A stretch of 64,000 nucleotides of DNA from Candidatus Latescibacterota bacterium (GCA_965197905.1 CBDAOB010000003.1:1136349-1200348), one strand, 5' to 3'; shown: positions 42,401 to 50,825, counted from the stretch's first letter. A program made the numbers and translations. The notes: generated by a model not told the origin, from the letters alone.

Positions 42401-45400
42401 CCACTGAAGGGGGTGCGCCCACCTGGTTCCTCACCATCTCTGGAGCGGGTAGCGGCCGCACTCTCACCGTCTCTGGACTGGGTCCCGCTGACGCGACGAC
42501 GCCGGCCTTCGATATTGCCAAGGCCGACGCTACCGTAACCCTTAACAACCTGAACGCCGAATTCGATGGCAATGTAAAGGCGGGTGGTGCTACGACCGAT
42601 CCTTCTGGTCTAGCCGTGGCCTTTAGCTACAACGTATTCGGCACGCCGTTACCGGGTCCCCTTTCCGCGCCCGGCAGCTTCGGCGTTACGGCTACCGTGA
42701 GCGACCCGAACTACCAGGGCAGCGCGACCGGAACCATCACCATCACCGCGCCGGCGCCCCCGGCTGCGGCTCTGGACGTTTCGCCGACGTCGGGTAATCC
42801 GCCGCTGAGCGTGACCTTCACCGATCGCTCGACGGGTGACATCAGTTCCTGGTTTCTCGAACCGCAAGCAGATGGAGGAAGGGTCTTCGAGGATCTTTCC
42901 TCGCCGGTGACGGTGACCTATTCCACGCCCGGCACCCATACCATTTTTCTGACCGTGAGCGGGGCGGGCGGTCGCTCACAGATCGAAACCACCATCTCGG
43001 TGAACAGTCCGCCAGCTGTGGGCACGATTGGTGCCGCGTCGACGAACGAGGACGAAAAGCTGGTGCTGGATCTGAGCACTCTGGATCCCGCCACCGGCAC
43101 GTGGAGTGTAAGTGGCACCGACGGGGCACTGATCGCTGCGGTCGCGGTGGAAATGGATGCGATCACCTTCACGCCGGTGGCCAATACCAGTGGCAGCGAT
43201 GTGGTGACGATCACCCGCACCAGCAGCAACGGCTTGAGCAGCTCCCAGGAGGTGACGTTGACCTGGACGGCGGTGGACGATCCGCCCGCTATCGTCGATC
43301 TGGCGGGCAGTTTCAGTGCCGCTGAAGAAGAGACGATTCACGTGGGCGGTTCGGGCAACGCCAGCGACATCGATTCGGACCCCGGTTCTTTCAGCTGGTC
43401 CGCATCAGGATTCGACGGTGGCCTGGTAGCCGTCGCCGCCGGCGGAGCTGGAGGAGTCGACTTCACTCCGGTGACCCACGCCCATGGCGAAACTGGGGCG
43501 ACGATCACTCTAACCGATCCGGTATCGGGCGCAACGGCCTCGCAAGCGGTCACCCTGACCTGGACTCCGGTCAACGATGTGCCCTCGGTGCCGGTGGCTG
43601 GTTTCCCGGCAAACGGGGTTACCGATGTGCCACTGGCGCCATTGATATCGTGGTCTGCCAGCGACGCCGACAACGACGACCTGGTCTACGATCTCGCGCT
43701 CGGGTTGGCCGGATCGGCGGCTACCGTTTCCAGCGGACAAACGGGTACGACGTTCAGCGCTTCGGGCCTGGCGCCCGGCGCTACCTACGAATGGAAGGTG
43801 GTTGCCCGCGATCCCGCTGGCGCGACCTCGGAAGCCAGTTTCACCTTCACCACCGAAGCGGATCTTCGCGGCCCCGTGATCTCGGGGGTCGGAGTGGCGG
43901 CGACCGAAAGCTCGGCGACCTTCGGCTGGGATACCGACGAGCCGGCTACAAGCTTTGTAAGGTTGGTACCCGAGGAGGGCGCCGCGGCAAAAACCGTCGC
44001 GATGGCGCAACAGGTCGCAGTGCCGGTGGAGATCGCTTCCAACGAACTGGTCACCCGCCATCAGCTCATCGCCTCCGACCTAGTGCCCGGCACCTCCTAC
44101 AGCTACGAGCTCAGTTCCTCCGATGCCCGGGGGAACAGCTCCGAGCTATTTACCGGACGCTTGCTCACCCTTGCCGCCCCGGACCGGGTCGCGCCCATGT
44201 TCCTGGTAGATCCCTACGTCGAGGGTGTAACGCAGCAAAGTGCGGTGGTCAGGTGGCAGACGGACGAGCAGGGAGACAGCCGCGTGAGCTATGCACTCGT
44301 GGCGGCCGCTAAGGCGACTGCTGCAAGCCAGGCTTCAGGTGGCGAGATCGTCCTGGACGAGCTGGTGGAAGAACACAGTGTGCGCCTCTCTGGTCTGGTG
44401 GCCGCTACGGAATACAGCTTTCAGGTCAGCTCGCGGGATGCTGCCGGCAACCTGTCGGATGGGCGGGGTGGCAGCTTCAGCACCGACGCGGCAGCCGATC
44501 TCACCGCACCCGAGTTTACCAGCGGGCCGGCGGCTTCCAGCGTGACCGATGTTTCGGCCGTCGTTGTATTGAGCGCCGACGAGCTGGTTACAGCCGAGAT
44601 CCGCTTCGACACCGACGATAACCTCAACGACGGTCGTCTGGCTGCGGCCGGCCAGGCGCAGACCGAACACAGTATCGAGCTGACCGGCTTGGAGGCGGCA
44701 ACGACCTACAGCTTCCAGGTCGCGATCCGTGACGAAGGCGGCAATGAACACCTTTCCGGGTTGCGCAGCTTCACCACGCTGCTCGCGCCCGACGCGGTGC
44801 CGCCGTTGTTCCTTGCCGGTCCCGCGGTCGAAGGGCTCACCGACCAGAGCGCGGTGCTGGTGCTGACCGCTAACGAACCGGTCCGAATGCAGGTTCTGTT
44901 TTCTTCCGACCCGAACCTCGACGGAGCGACGCTGAAGGCGAACAACGAGCTGCAGCTGACCCACACCGTTCAGCTTACCAACCTGGAGCCAGACACGGAA
45001 TACTTCTTTGAGGTGGCGATTCGCGACGGCAGTGACAACGAAACCGAACCGGTACGGGGGAATTTTCTCACCGAGGATGAGGAGGACATCACCCCGCCGC
45101 AGATTGTCGAGCTTTTCGCCGAAGGGGTCGGATTTGAGCGCGCCACCGTGGTGTGGCGGACCACTGAGCTGACCACCGGATTTCTGGAGTTCAACCTCGC
45201 GGCTGCCGCCAAGATTGCCGCCGCCACCGAACGCGGCCGCATCCAGCTCACTGATCCGGCGCGGGAGCACCGGGTACAGCTCACCAACCTCAAGCCGGGC
45301 AGCGGCTACGGTCTCCACGTCGTCATGCAGGATGCCCAGGGCAACAGGGGTGAACGCACCGGGTTTATCAAGACTCTTATAGAGGAAGATCTGCTGCCGC

Positions 45401-46860
45401 CTCTGGTCGAGACCGGCCCCGCGGTGCAGGGCATCAGCACCTCCGGCGCTCAGGTGGAGGTCACCTACAACGAACCGGTCGAGTTGTCGCTGCGGTTCAG
45501 CACACAATCCGATCTCAGCGGGGCCTCGGTCATTTCGGTGGTCGAACGCAAACGCCCCCACAGTGTCGAGCTCACCGGATTGGAGCCGGGTACGGTCTAT
45601 TACGTGGGCCTTGAGGCGCGGGACCGGGCGGGCAACAGCGCCGATCACAGTGTCTCCTTCGAAACGGCAAACGAAGCGGATGTCACACCACCCAATTTTA
45701 CCACCTTGCCGTTTGCAACGGACATCGGTTCCGCCAGTGCGCGGGTGCTCTGGTCCCTCGATGAACCTGCGGACGGCGAGCTCGTCTTCAGTACGGATTC
45801 AGGTGAGCAGACGGTTTTGCGGCAGTTGTTGCGACAGCAAGCGCACGCATTCGATCTAACCGATCTGCAGCCGGAAACCGACTACCTCTTTCAGGCGACC
45901 TCGGTGGACGGCAGTGGTAACAGCAGCTCGACCTCTTCCAACTTCCGCACCCTGGTGGAACAGGTCCACCCGGTCCAGATCACCGCCGGGCCGATGCTGG
46001 TGCGCGCGGACAACACCAGCGCCACCATCTTTGTTCGACTCGATCGCGCGGCAGAAGCTCAGATCCTCTACTGGCCGGCCGGGTCTCCCAATCTCAGCCG
46101 CACCGAGGATCGCGGCCTGAACACCGAGCACAGCGTCGTCCTCACGAACCTGGAGCCGGGGACAGGTTATCAGTACACCGTGACCGCCGGCGGCACCACC
46201 GAGGCGTCTGGAAGTTTCGATACCGAAGCCGAAGCCGACACCGATGCCCCCGAGTTTATTGGACCGCCGGTGGTGGCGGATCGTCAGCACGACCGTGCCC
46301 GCATCGAGTGGACAACGAACGAGGTGGCAGACAGCGAGGTCCACTTCAACCTTGCGGGCGGCGACACCCGGCAAGTGATCCTACCCGAGGATGCCCGCGA
46401 TCATGGTGTCGTGCTAACGAACCTGGAACCCAACAGCAGTTATTCTTATCGCGCCTTCAGCACCGATCCCGCCGGCAACCGCGCTTCCGGGCCGCAATCA
46501 TCCTTCGATACACCGGCGGGACCAGACCTGATGCCGCCGGCCATCACCGGTCATCCCATCGTTCGCGGCCTCACCCACAACAGCGTTGTCCTGGCATTGT
46601 CTACCAACGAACCGACCACCGCGAGTGTGCGCTCCGCGGACCCTCGCCGATCTGCAACGCGGAACCACCTACAACGTCATCGTCACCAGCAACGACCTGG
46701 CAGGAAACCAGGTGAGCACCGATCCATCCGGAACCGAGCTTCACAGCCAGGAACATCGTTTCAACACGCGTGGCAATGCCGACAACGAACCGCCGGTGTT
46801 CGCGGTAAATCCCACGGTGGACTGGACCAACGCCACTGCGGTAGTGGCATGGGGGACTAA
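33430..46860 (+). CDS. Giant secreted repeat protein A, main ORF (signal peptide, 6 FG-GAP repeats, 5x IPT/TIG + VCBS propeller modules, MBG/PKD/cadherin-like and FN3-like repeats); continues after a frameshift
   Basis: 4476-aa ORF; six KIADNTGGF..GDLDNDG units; PTITSxSP..GDxVTITGTNF domains; dozens of DxDGDGKxD repeats; W.TDE..H...L.P.T.Y units; frame lost at ~46635. Confidence 0.88.
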   Translation: MSVTGSSKIRNASLPARVAVGAVSLALLLCAVSPLSAQTCQVKSVQKIADNTGGFGVTLTNSDNFGVSVVAIGDLDNDGVEDLAVGAHNDDTGGAGRGALYVLLMNSNGTVKSHQKIADNTGGFGVTLTNSDFFGVSVAALGDLDDDGVKDLAVGAFFDDTGGTGRGAVYVLFMNTNGTVKSHQKIADNTGGFGVTLTDSDAFGAAVVGLGDLDNDGVEDLAIGAKSDDTGGTDRGAVYVLFMNTNGTVKSSQKIADNTGGFGVTLADSDFFGGRLAALGDFDGDGIEDLASGAQNDDTGGTDRGAFYVLLLNSDGTVKSHQKIADNTGGFNVTLTDSDVFGGSSVTNLGDLDGDGVADLAAGAMLDDTGGTDRGALYLLLMNSNSTVKSNFKIADNTGGFDFALTNTARFGIAAVGLGDLDGDGVGDLAIGADKDDTGGTDRGALWVVFLTKVPTITAISPKTGKVGDSVTITGTEFDATAANNKVFFGATKATVTAASLSSLTVTVPTGATFGPLQVIVHNRTAESDDFFQPTFSGEFPTIDASTLAAKVDFATGTDPVSVHLADFDGDGKVDMAVSNSTTNNVSVFENTSSGSITFAAKADFAAGTSPWGMDVGDLDGDGLLDMAAPNNTTNNVSVFRNTSSGSISFAAKVDFASGTVPNDLAFADFDGDGKLDMVTANNTATTASVFRNTSTSGSITAASFSAKVDFTTGTTPSAVEVADIDGDGETDFVVTNFATDNVSVFRNTSTAGTIDAASFAAKVDFASGTGPRFLALGDVDGNGKPEMVVANETANTISIFRNTAVSGMITGGSFAAKVDYTVQTDPYNIAFGDLDGDNKPDIAVSHRTTAAFSLFRNKSVSGTIDANSLDTRVDFTTANDLRGVAIGDLDGDQKPDVVVTDFTANNLSVFRNLTPTTLAPTITSVSPLLGKIGDTITITGTNFDATTTNNTVYIGGIKATVVTASATTLTVTMPAGATVGPVRVTVKERTAVSNKILGATYSGADQTITAGVLAEAVDFTAGTGPTGAIAADIDGNGVTDIVLSNFTSNTLSVHRNTSTAGAINAGSFAAKVDVNTGTTPRWLTVHDFDGDGLLDLATAAGGTDNLEVYRNTSMVASVSFAGAVTFATNNDPNVVAASDIDGDGKLDIGVTTWNGGAGTTVSLYRNESSNGVINFAAKSDVTTGTGPERVAFGDVDGDGKHDMAVANSAGNNVSVYRNTSTAGTIDGSTFAAAVNFAVGTTPQDVRLADVDGGGALDLLVTNTASNSFSVLRNTAISGVINASSFAAKQDFTTGTLPRALAIGDLSGNGRPDLVTSNGTANTTSLFRNNGSSGSVSFAAKVDLTTGTGPYGNVIADFDGDGRPELAHTNFTDNDVSVLHNIADPPRITSGSPQTGKVGDAVAINGENFDPTFGNNTVYFGPTKATVTAGSATSLTTSVPTGATFGPISVTAKQRTAISDKPFLPTFGGEFPTIDASTFAAKQDFTAGTGPQYVATGDLDGDGKTDMVVGNFTAATVSVFRNTSTSGTIDGSSFAAKVDLTADTQTRGVAVGDLDGDGKLDIAVTNSGANSVSLFHNMSSVGSISFAAKVDFTTGAAPFAVEINDLDGDGKPDLAVANKTANTVSVFRNLSVSGTIDASSFAAKVDYTPGTDLRLLALGDLDGDGAPDMAVANRTSNNLSVFRNTATAGTIDASSFAAKVDFTTGTNPNGVAIGDLDGNGQPELVVSNEANNLSVFRNTAVSGVINAGSFAAKIDYTTAVGPSGLAMGDIDGDGKLDIATAIGGGADVVSVFRNTSVTGTIDANSLAPKVDFATTSDVIGLAIADLDGDEKPEIAVVNNTGAAVSVFHNITPTVPAPTITSFTPTSAKPGELVTITGTNFDTTPGNNTVFFDPIKATVTSASATSLTVTVPDGAGYGPLTVTRKERTAISDDYFLPTYGGVAQTIADGTLASQITFATGVNPNGTGTADIDGDGLPELVTVNFGGNSISVFLNTGTAGGFNGSSFAAKSDFTVGTGPGYAAIGDIDGDGLPDVATSNLSASTASVLRNMSTTGSLAFDAKVDFTTGTSPSGVALGDIDGDGKPDLATPNFGTTTVSVFRNTSKSGAIDATSFSPKVDFTVLTQPHNVAFGDIDQDGKLDMVVVNRGSNMISAFRNTATAGEITASSFAAKVDVATGATPFTVTLSDFDGDGLLDAAVPNNGAGNFSTLRNTSMTGSISFAAAVDFTAGTGPYGSAAGDIDGDGLPDVAIPNNTSNTTSVFENTSVSGTISFATKVDLTTATGPQGAAIADFDGDDRPDIAISSSSNNLSIFHNIADPPTISSFTPTSGHVTKSITVTGANFDTTPANNILFFGATKANITAATATSLTADAPLGATFSPLHLEVNGRTAFSDKPYLPTYAGTATIDASSFVAKVDFATGTTPQPLVVGDMDGDGKPDLVISNDPDIVSVLRNTSSTGSITAGSFAAKVDFATSSTPVGLDLGDLDGDGKLDVAIANNLSTSVSLFRNLSSSGSISLAAKVDHTTGTQPTDVAIDDLDGDGKADLAISNLSTNNASVLRNISVEGTIDANSFAAKQDYATATSPQAIAVADIDGDGKPDLLVPGFGTNQLSVLRNTSTAGTVDASSFAAKVDFATASIPTDVITADIDGDTKPDVIVPNFSSTSVSVFRNKSISGTIDGTSLAAKVDYTLGASPIAATAGDMDGDGKIDLAVASQGSDFVSVLRNQAVSGTINAASLATRVDYTTGDQPSGTAMGDLDGDGRSDLVVTNKNDNNLSIFRNKSTLKTTGLAGTSTMAPGAEVQLFRIGLASYGTYTLNSIALALSDLSTATGITSGDLDVRLYKSTDETFDSGDTHIGTQTTINFGGTTTITPTATETPLNHSFYIVTARISTTPIDKHAFKLGFTLDGVTTSVGSEGLAITASDANNVTIDVVATKWIFVSIPTGGTHLQELTPQPGMEAHDAAGNVDRDINGTVTLTLNPSGSLSRTAFTATEGGAPTWFLTISGAGSGRTLTVSGLGPADATTPAFDIAKADATVTLNNLNAEFDGNVKAGGATTDPSGLAVAFSYNVFGTPLPGPLSAPGSFGVTATVSDPNYQGSATGTITITAPAPPAAALDVSPTSGNPPLSVTFTDRSTGDISSWFLEPQADGGRVFEDLSSPVTVTYSTPGTHTIFLTVSGAGGRSQIETTISVNSPPAVGTIGAASTNEDEKLVLDLSTLDPATGTWSVSGTDGALIAAVAVEMDAITFTPVANTSGSDVVTITRTSSNGLSSSQEVTLTWTAVDDPPAIVDLAGSFSAAEEETIHVGGSGNASDIDSDPGSFSWSASGFDGGLVAVAAGGAGGVDFTPVTHAHGETGATITLTDPVSGATASQAVTLTWTPVNDVPSVPVAGFPANGVTDVPLAPLISWSASDADNDDLVYDLALGLAGSAATVSSGQTGTTFSASGLAPGATYEWKVVARDPAGATSEASFTFTTEADLRGPVISGVGVAATESSATFGWDTDEPATSFVRLVPEEGAAAKTVAMAQQVAVPVEIASNELVTRHQLIASDLVPGTSYSYELSSSDARGNSSELFTGRLLTLAAPDRVAPMFLVDPYVEGVTQQSAVVRWQTDEQGDSRVSYALVAAAKATAASQASGGEIVLDELVEEHSVRLSGLVAATEYSFQVSSRDAAGNLSDGRGGSFSTDAAADLTAPEFTSGPAASSVTDVSAVVVLSADELVTAEIRFDTDDNLNDGRLAAAGQAQTEHSIELTGLEAATTYSFQVAIRDEGGNEHLSGLRSFTTLLAPDAVPPLFLAGPAVEGLTDQSAVLVLTANEPVRMQVLFSSDPNLDGATLKANNELQLTHTVQLTNLEPDTEYFFEVAIRDGSDNETEPVRGNFLTEDEEDITPPQIVELFAEGVGFERATVVWRTTELTTGFLEFNLAAAAKIAAATERGRIQLTDPAREHRVQLTNLKPGSGYGLHVVMQDAQGNRGERTGFIKTLIEEDLLPPLVETGPAVQGISTSGAQVEVTYNEPVELSLRFSTQSDLSGASVISVVERKRPHSVELTGLEPGTVYYVGLEARDRAGNSADHSVSFETANEADVTPPNFTTLPFATDIGSASARVLWSLDEPADGELVFSTDSGEQTVLRQLLRQQAHAFDLTDLQPETDYLFQATSVDGSGNSSSTSSNFRTLVEQVHPVQITAGPMLVRADNTSATIFVRLDRAAEAQILYWPAGSPNLSRTEDRGLNTEHSVVLTNLEPGTGYQYTVTAGGTTEASGSFDTEAEADTDAPEFIGPPVVADRQHDRARIEWTTNEVADSEVHFNLAGGDTRQVILPEDARDHGVVLTNLEPNSSYSYRAFSTDPAGNRASGPQSSFDTPAGPDLMPPAITGHPIVRGLTHNSVVLALSTNEPTTASVRSADPRRSATRNHLQRHRHQQRPGRKPGEHRSIRNRASQPGTSFQHAWQCRQRTAGVRGKSHGGLDQRHCGSGMGD

Positions 46861-48622
46861 CGAACGGGCGAGCTCGCGAGTGGACTGGCGCGGTGGCGGA
46901 AAGTCGGGCTTCGTGGAGGACAACGCTCTGGTGCGCGAGCACAGCCGGACGGTCACCGGGCTGATACCTCGCACCGGTTATCGCTTCATGATCACGTCGG
47001 TGGATCGGGCGGGCAACGCATTGACCTGGGGCTCGGTCGACGGCCCGATGAAAGCGATCGAAGGAGCGGCCAAGATCTTGCAGCCGCCCGGGGGCGGCGG
47101 ATTCTTCGTGACCGACAACGTCGCGGACACCCAGCTGCCGTTGATCACCCGCGGGCCCGAGGTGAGCGAGAAAACGGCGGAAACATTGACGATTTTCTGG
47201 GAAACGAACGAGCTGGCCGACAGCTTCGTACGATTTGGCACGACCTCCCAGCTCGACGAGGTGGTGGGCACCGCCCAGGACGTGCAGACGCACACGGTAA
47301 CCCTGACCAATCTCGACGCGGGGGCTCAATACCATTATAAAGTCGAATCCACCGATCCCTCCGGGAATGGAGCCACCGAAAGCATCGTCGCGGTCACCGC
47401 TACCGCCGCAGAGGTGGACCTGGTGCCGCCGCGTTTCATTACCGAACCGGAAGTGGAGGCGCGTACCGATCAGGAGATCGTCCTGGAGTGGCGCACCGAC
47501 GAGGCCGGCGCCGCACGCATCGAATATGAGACCCCGGACGGTGAGCGCTTGACTCGCAATGTGGAGAGCAGGCAAACCGCCCAACAGATCAGTCTGGTCA
47601 ACCTCGAAGCCGATACCGAGTACGATCTTTCCATCTATGTCAGTGATGCCAGCCAGAACGAGATTCCCGAGCCATTCCTGCTCACTGCGCGAACCGACGG
47701 CGAACCCGACCTGGAGCCGCCGCGAATCCTCAATGGTCCCGCGGTGGAGGCAGTGACCGATCGCGGCGCGACGGTCGTCTGGACCACCGACGAGCTGTCG
47801 GACTCTTACGTCGATTACGACAGCAAGCCGTACCTGGGAGCGGTGGTAGGCGTACCCCTCTACACCCGCGATCATCGAGTCACGCTCACCAATCTGAATG
47901 CGTCCACCTCCTACTTCTTTCGCGTCGGCTCCACCGATCGAGCGAACAACGGCCCGGAGGTCAGCGATGTGCTGAGCTTCGAGACTCTCGCCGGTGCCGA
48001 TGAAACCCCACCTGACGCACCTGAAGATCTTCAGGTAGTGGCAGGGGCCACCTCGAATCTGGTGCAGTGGACTGCGAACACGGAGCCGGATCTGGGCGGG
48101 TATTCAGTTTTCAGGGAAACCGACGAGGGCGGCTTCGAGACCGTGGCGAGTCAGCTGCAGGAACCGGTGTATTTGGATGAAGGGCTGGAGAGCGGAGAGA
48201 CCTACCGTTATCGGGTAACCGCGAGTGACCGTGAAACGCCACCGAATGAGAGCAAGCCAAGCGAGATCGCCGATGGCACCCCCGACGACGAAAACGTGGC
48301 GAGCGCGCCGGCGATTCTGGGATTGGAACAGGGCGCCACGTTGAGTCGACCCATCCTGGTGATTCAGAACGCCATTCCGGTGGGTGCGGCGGACGAGCTG
48401 ACCTACACGGTGCAGGTGTCCACAGCTTCCACGTTTAGAAGCATCGTGGCACGCGGGGGCAACATCGCCGAAGGGTTCGGCGGAGCAACCCGCTGGCGAG
48501 TGAACAGGGCGTTGACCACGACCCGCTCCTATTGGTGGCGGGCACGTGCGTTCGACGGGCGTTTCAAAGCGGGTGGAGCCGGCCGGTGCGGTTGCGACCG
48601 AACCAGGCAAGCGTGCCGCTGA
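46586..48622 (+). CDS. Giant protein A, middle fragment (FN3-like repeats)
   Basis: Same W.TNE/TDE...H.VTL.NL...T.Y units, plus WTANTEPDLGGY FN3; entered by a frameshift at ~46635 and exits at ~48566. Confidence 0.75.
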   Translation: MSWHCLPTNRPPRVCAPRTLADLQRGTTYNVIVTSNDLAGNQVSTDPSGTELHSQEHRFNTRGNADNEPPVFAVNPTVDWTNATAVVAWGTNERASSRVDWRGGGKSGFVEDNALVREHSRTVTGLIPRTGYRFMITSVDRAGNALTWGSVDGPMKAIEGAAKILQPPGGGGFFVTDNVADTQLPLITRGPEVSEKTAETLTIFWETNELADSFVRFGTTSQLDEVVGTAQDVQTHTVTLTNLDAGAQYHYKVESTDPSGNGATESIVAVTATAAEVDLVPPRFITEPEVEARTDQEIVLEWRTDEAGAARIEYETPDGERLTRNVESRQTAQQISLVNLEADTEYDLSIYVSDASQNEIPEPFLLTARTDGEPDLEPPRILNGPAVEAVTDRGATVVWTTDELSDSYVDYDSKPYLGAVVGVPLYTRDHRVTLTNLNASTSYFFRVGSTDRANNGPEVSDVLSFETLAGADETPPDAPEDLQVVAGATSNLVQWTANTEPDLGGYSVFRETDEGGFETVASQLQEPVYLDEGLESGETYRYRVTASDRETPPNESKPSEIADGTPDDENVASAPAILGLEQGATLSRPILVIQNAIPVGAADELTYTVQVSTASTFRSIVARGGNIAEGFGGATRWRVNRALTTTRSYWWRARAFDGRFKAGGAGRCGCDRTRQACR

Positions 48623-49509
48623 CCTCGGAAGACTTTGACGGCGACGGCGCGGTCTCTTTCTCCGACTTCTTCATCCTGGCCAACGGTTTTGGCAGCGGTG
48701 ATCCGATTCTTGACCTAGATCGGGATGGCCGCGTTGGTGCGGGTGATCTGAGTCAGTTCAAAACACAGTTCGGCAAGCAGGTTGCTAGCAAGCTGCTGTT
48801 CTCGCAGGGCGCGGAGGTGGCCGAAGGATCTGTGGTGGATGTGGCGGCGGAAGCCGTGGGTGATCAGGTGCGCCTGCGGTTGCGGTTTGCCGGCGTGCCG
48901 AGGTTGAGCGGTTACGGGCTGTCGGTCTACGCGGATCCGCCGGTTTTGCGGTATGTGGACCGCGTCGATTCATCGACCGTTCTGGCGCTGGACCGTTCTC
49001 TGTCGCTGGTGCACGAAACGGGTGGCACGCTCAACTTCGCCGACCACCTGAAGGGTAGGGTGGCCGGTGTGGACCTGGAAGAGGAATCGACGCTGGAGTT
49101 ATTGTTCGCGCTGGACGGTCCGCCGCAGAACGTGGAGCTGTTTGTGCAGGAAGGGTTTCTCGGGCGCGGCGCCGGCCGCGCCTGGAGCGTGGAGCAGCTG
49201 GGCAGCGCGCGGGTATTACCCACGACCTATGCCCTGTTTCCCAACTACCCGAATCCGTTCAATCCTTCAACCATGATACCTGTTGGTGTTCCGGCGGTAG
49301 CCGCGTCCCGGCGGCTTGAGCTTCGCCTGTTCAATCTCCTTGGGCAGGTGATTCGTCGATGGGACATGGACGGATGGAATCCCGGCTTCTACCGGGTGAT
49401 GTGGGACGGTCGGGACGGCGAGGGCCGGCCGGTGGCCAGCGGGGTGTACCTGGTGCAGTTCGACGCGGGCGAGATGGTGTCCACCCGGAAGCTGATGCTA
49501 CTTCGGTAG
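48532..49509 (+). CDS. Giant protein A, C-terminal fragment (EF-hand/dockerin-like + FlgD Ig/T9SS-CTD-like domain)
   Basis: DFDGDGAVSFSDF..DLDRDGRVGAGD; NYPNPFNPST..WDGRDGEGRPVASGVY..RKLMLLR. Confidence 0.82.
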   Translation: MVAGTCVRRAFQSGWSRPVRLRPNQASVPLTSEDFDGDGAVSFSDFFILANGFGSGDPILDLDRDGRVGAGDLSQFKTQFGKQVASKLLFSQGAEVAEGSVVDVAAEAVGDQVRLRLRFAGVPRLSGYGLSVYADPPVLRYVDRVDSSTVLALDRSLSLVHETGGTLNFADHLKGRVAGVDLEEESTLELLFALDGPPQNVELFVQEGFLGRGAGRAWSVEQLGSARVLPTTYALFPNYPNPFNPSTMIPVGVPAVAASRRLELRLFNLLGQVIRRWDMDGWNPGFYRVMWDGRDGEGRPVASGVYLVQFDAGEMVSTRKLMLLR

Positions 49510-49633
49510 ACAAGAGTTAGCGGAAATTCGATGTCCCTCGTGGCAGATATAGCGAGGCGGAGGAATTGTATATTATTAGGATGTCGAAGCTAATGGCTGC
49601 CCGGTGGCGGCCTGCACTAAGGAGATCGTGTCG

Positions 49634-49831
49634 ATGAAATACAAAGTTGCCTTGGTCGAGTCTGATGAAGGATACAGTGTTTCTGTTCCTGGGCTTCCTG
49701 GCTGTTGGTCACAGGGAGTAACCGAGGTGGAGGCACTTGCAAACATTGAGGTAGCCATCCGCGAATACCTTGCAGCTGTCGACGAGCTACTGGATGATGC
49801 TGAAGTTCGAGAGGTCGAGTTGACGTTATAG
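49634..49831 (+). CDS. hicB: HicB-family antitoxin
   Basis: GYSVSVPGLPGCWSQG.T..EALANI..AI. Confidence 0.9.
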   Translation: MKYKVALVESDEGYSVSVPGLPGCWSQGVTEVEALANIEVAIREYLAAVDELLDDAEVREVELTL

Positions 49832-50047
49832 ATGCCAAAGATCCCAGGCGTCAATCACCTGCGGGCTGTTAGTGCCCTGGAAAAGGCTGGATTCCAGGTC
49901 GTTCGACAAGGAAAACACATTGTAATGAGCGATGGTACACGGATATTGACGATTCCCCGAAGCAACCCAATCAATGCGTTCACATTAGGTGGTATTGTTC
50001 GAGACGCTGGCCTCACAGTTGAGCAGTTCCGCGATTTCTTGAAATAG
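49832..50047 (+). CDS. hicA: HicA-family toxin
   Basis: ALEKAGF..RQGKHIVM...TIP...TLGGIVRDAGLTVEQF. Confidence 0.88.
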   Translation: MPKIPGVNHLRAVSALEKAGFQVVRQGKHIVMSDGTRILTIPRSNPINAFTLGGIVRDAGLTVEQFRDFLK

Positions 50048-50076
50048 TTCAAACTTCCGCTAACACCGTGTTTACG

Positions 50077-50825
50077 GTGCGCCGTGCTAAGGCGCACATC
50101 TTCAGTGGGTGCGAATCCCACCCGGCAAGGGTCGCTCCAGCCGGTAGCAATCGGAGCAGTGGTGGAGGCGACGAAGCCGCTGAAGCCTCCGGTGTAGAGG
50201 GTCGCCTTGGGCGACTTGGCGAGCACACAGGCCGTAACGTGAGTAAACGCTGAGCAGGCCTCGAAAAGTGTAATGCGGAAGCCGACCTGCCCGTAAACCA
50301 GGGAAGGCCGCTGCAGCTGGGGAAGTCGAGCGACAAGCGCACTCAGCTGTTCCGCCGGGGTAGTGGCGACAGCATGTGTGTAAGAGGAGATGTGGCGCAA
50401 CACGGGAAGCCTCATCCGGTGGAAGCAGCGAGTGCCTCCAACCGGTAACCCGCGAGGGCCAGACTGGGCTGGATGAGGTGGCGGACAGGCGCGTAGTACC
50501 GAGGAAGCCGGGTAACTCCGGTGGAGGGAAGGGGCCTGACTTCGGACATGCTGCGGAAGTGCAGAGGGTTGGAGAGTGGCGTGAGCCTATTGCCTCCAGC
50601 AGTAAGACTAGTATGCATCGGAAGCAGCTTGACTACCAGGTGAAGTCCTTGTGGCGTGTGCCTGGATGTGACGTTCGTCGGGAAGCCGGATGCGGGAGAT
50701 CCGCACGTCCGGTTTGAGGCGGCGGGAACTGGAAACGTAGCGATGGGAGTCGGACTGAGGGCTATGGCGAAAGCCATGGGGAACCCACCGAACCCTAAGG
50801 CTGGCGCGCCAGTTCTCGACCCTAC
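50077..50825 (+). mobile_element. ORF-less group II (IIB-like) intron
   Basis: 5' GTGCG; domain V AAGCCGGATGCGGGAGATCCGCACGTCCGGTTT (~50683-50716); 3' end CGACCCTAC; EBS1/EBS2 match the upstream exon; domain IV holds only a short ORF remnant. Confidence 0.88.

Larger units (their letters stand above)
49516..50064. repeat. 16-bp imperfect inverted repeats bracketing hicBA
   Basis: GTTAGCGGAAATTCGA (49516-49531) vs TCAAACTTCCGCTAAC (50049-50064), 14/16 complementary. Confidence 0.6.
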
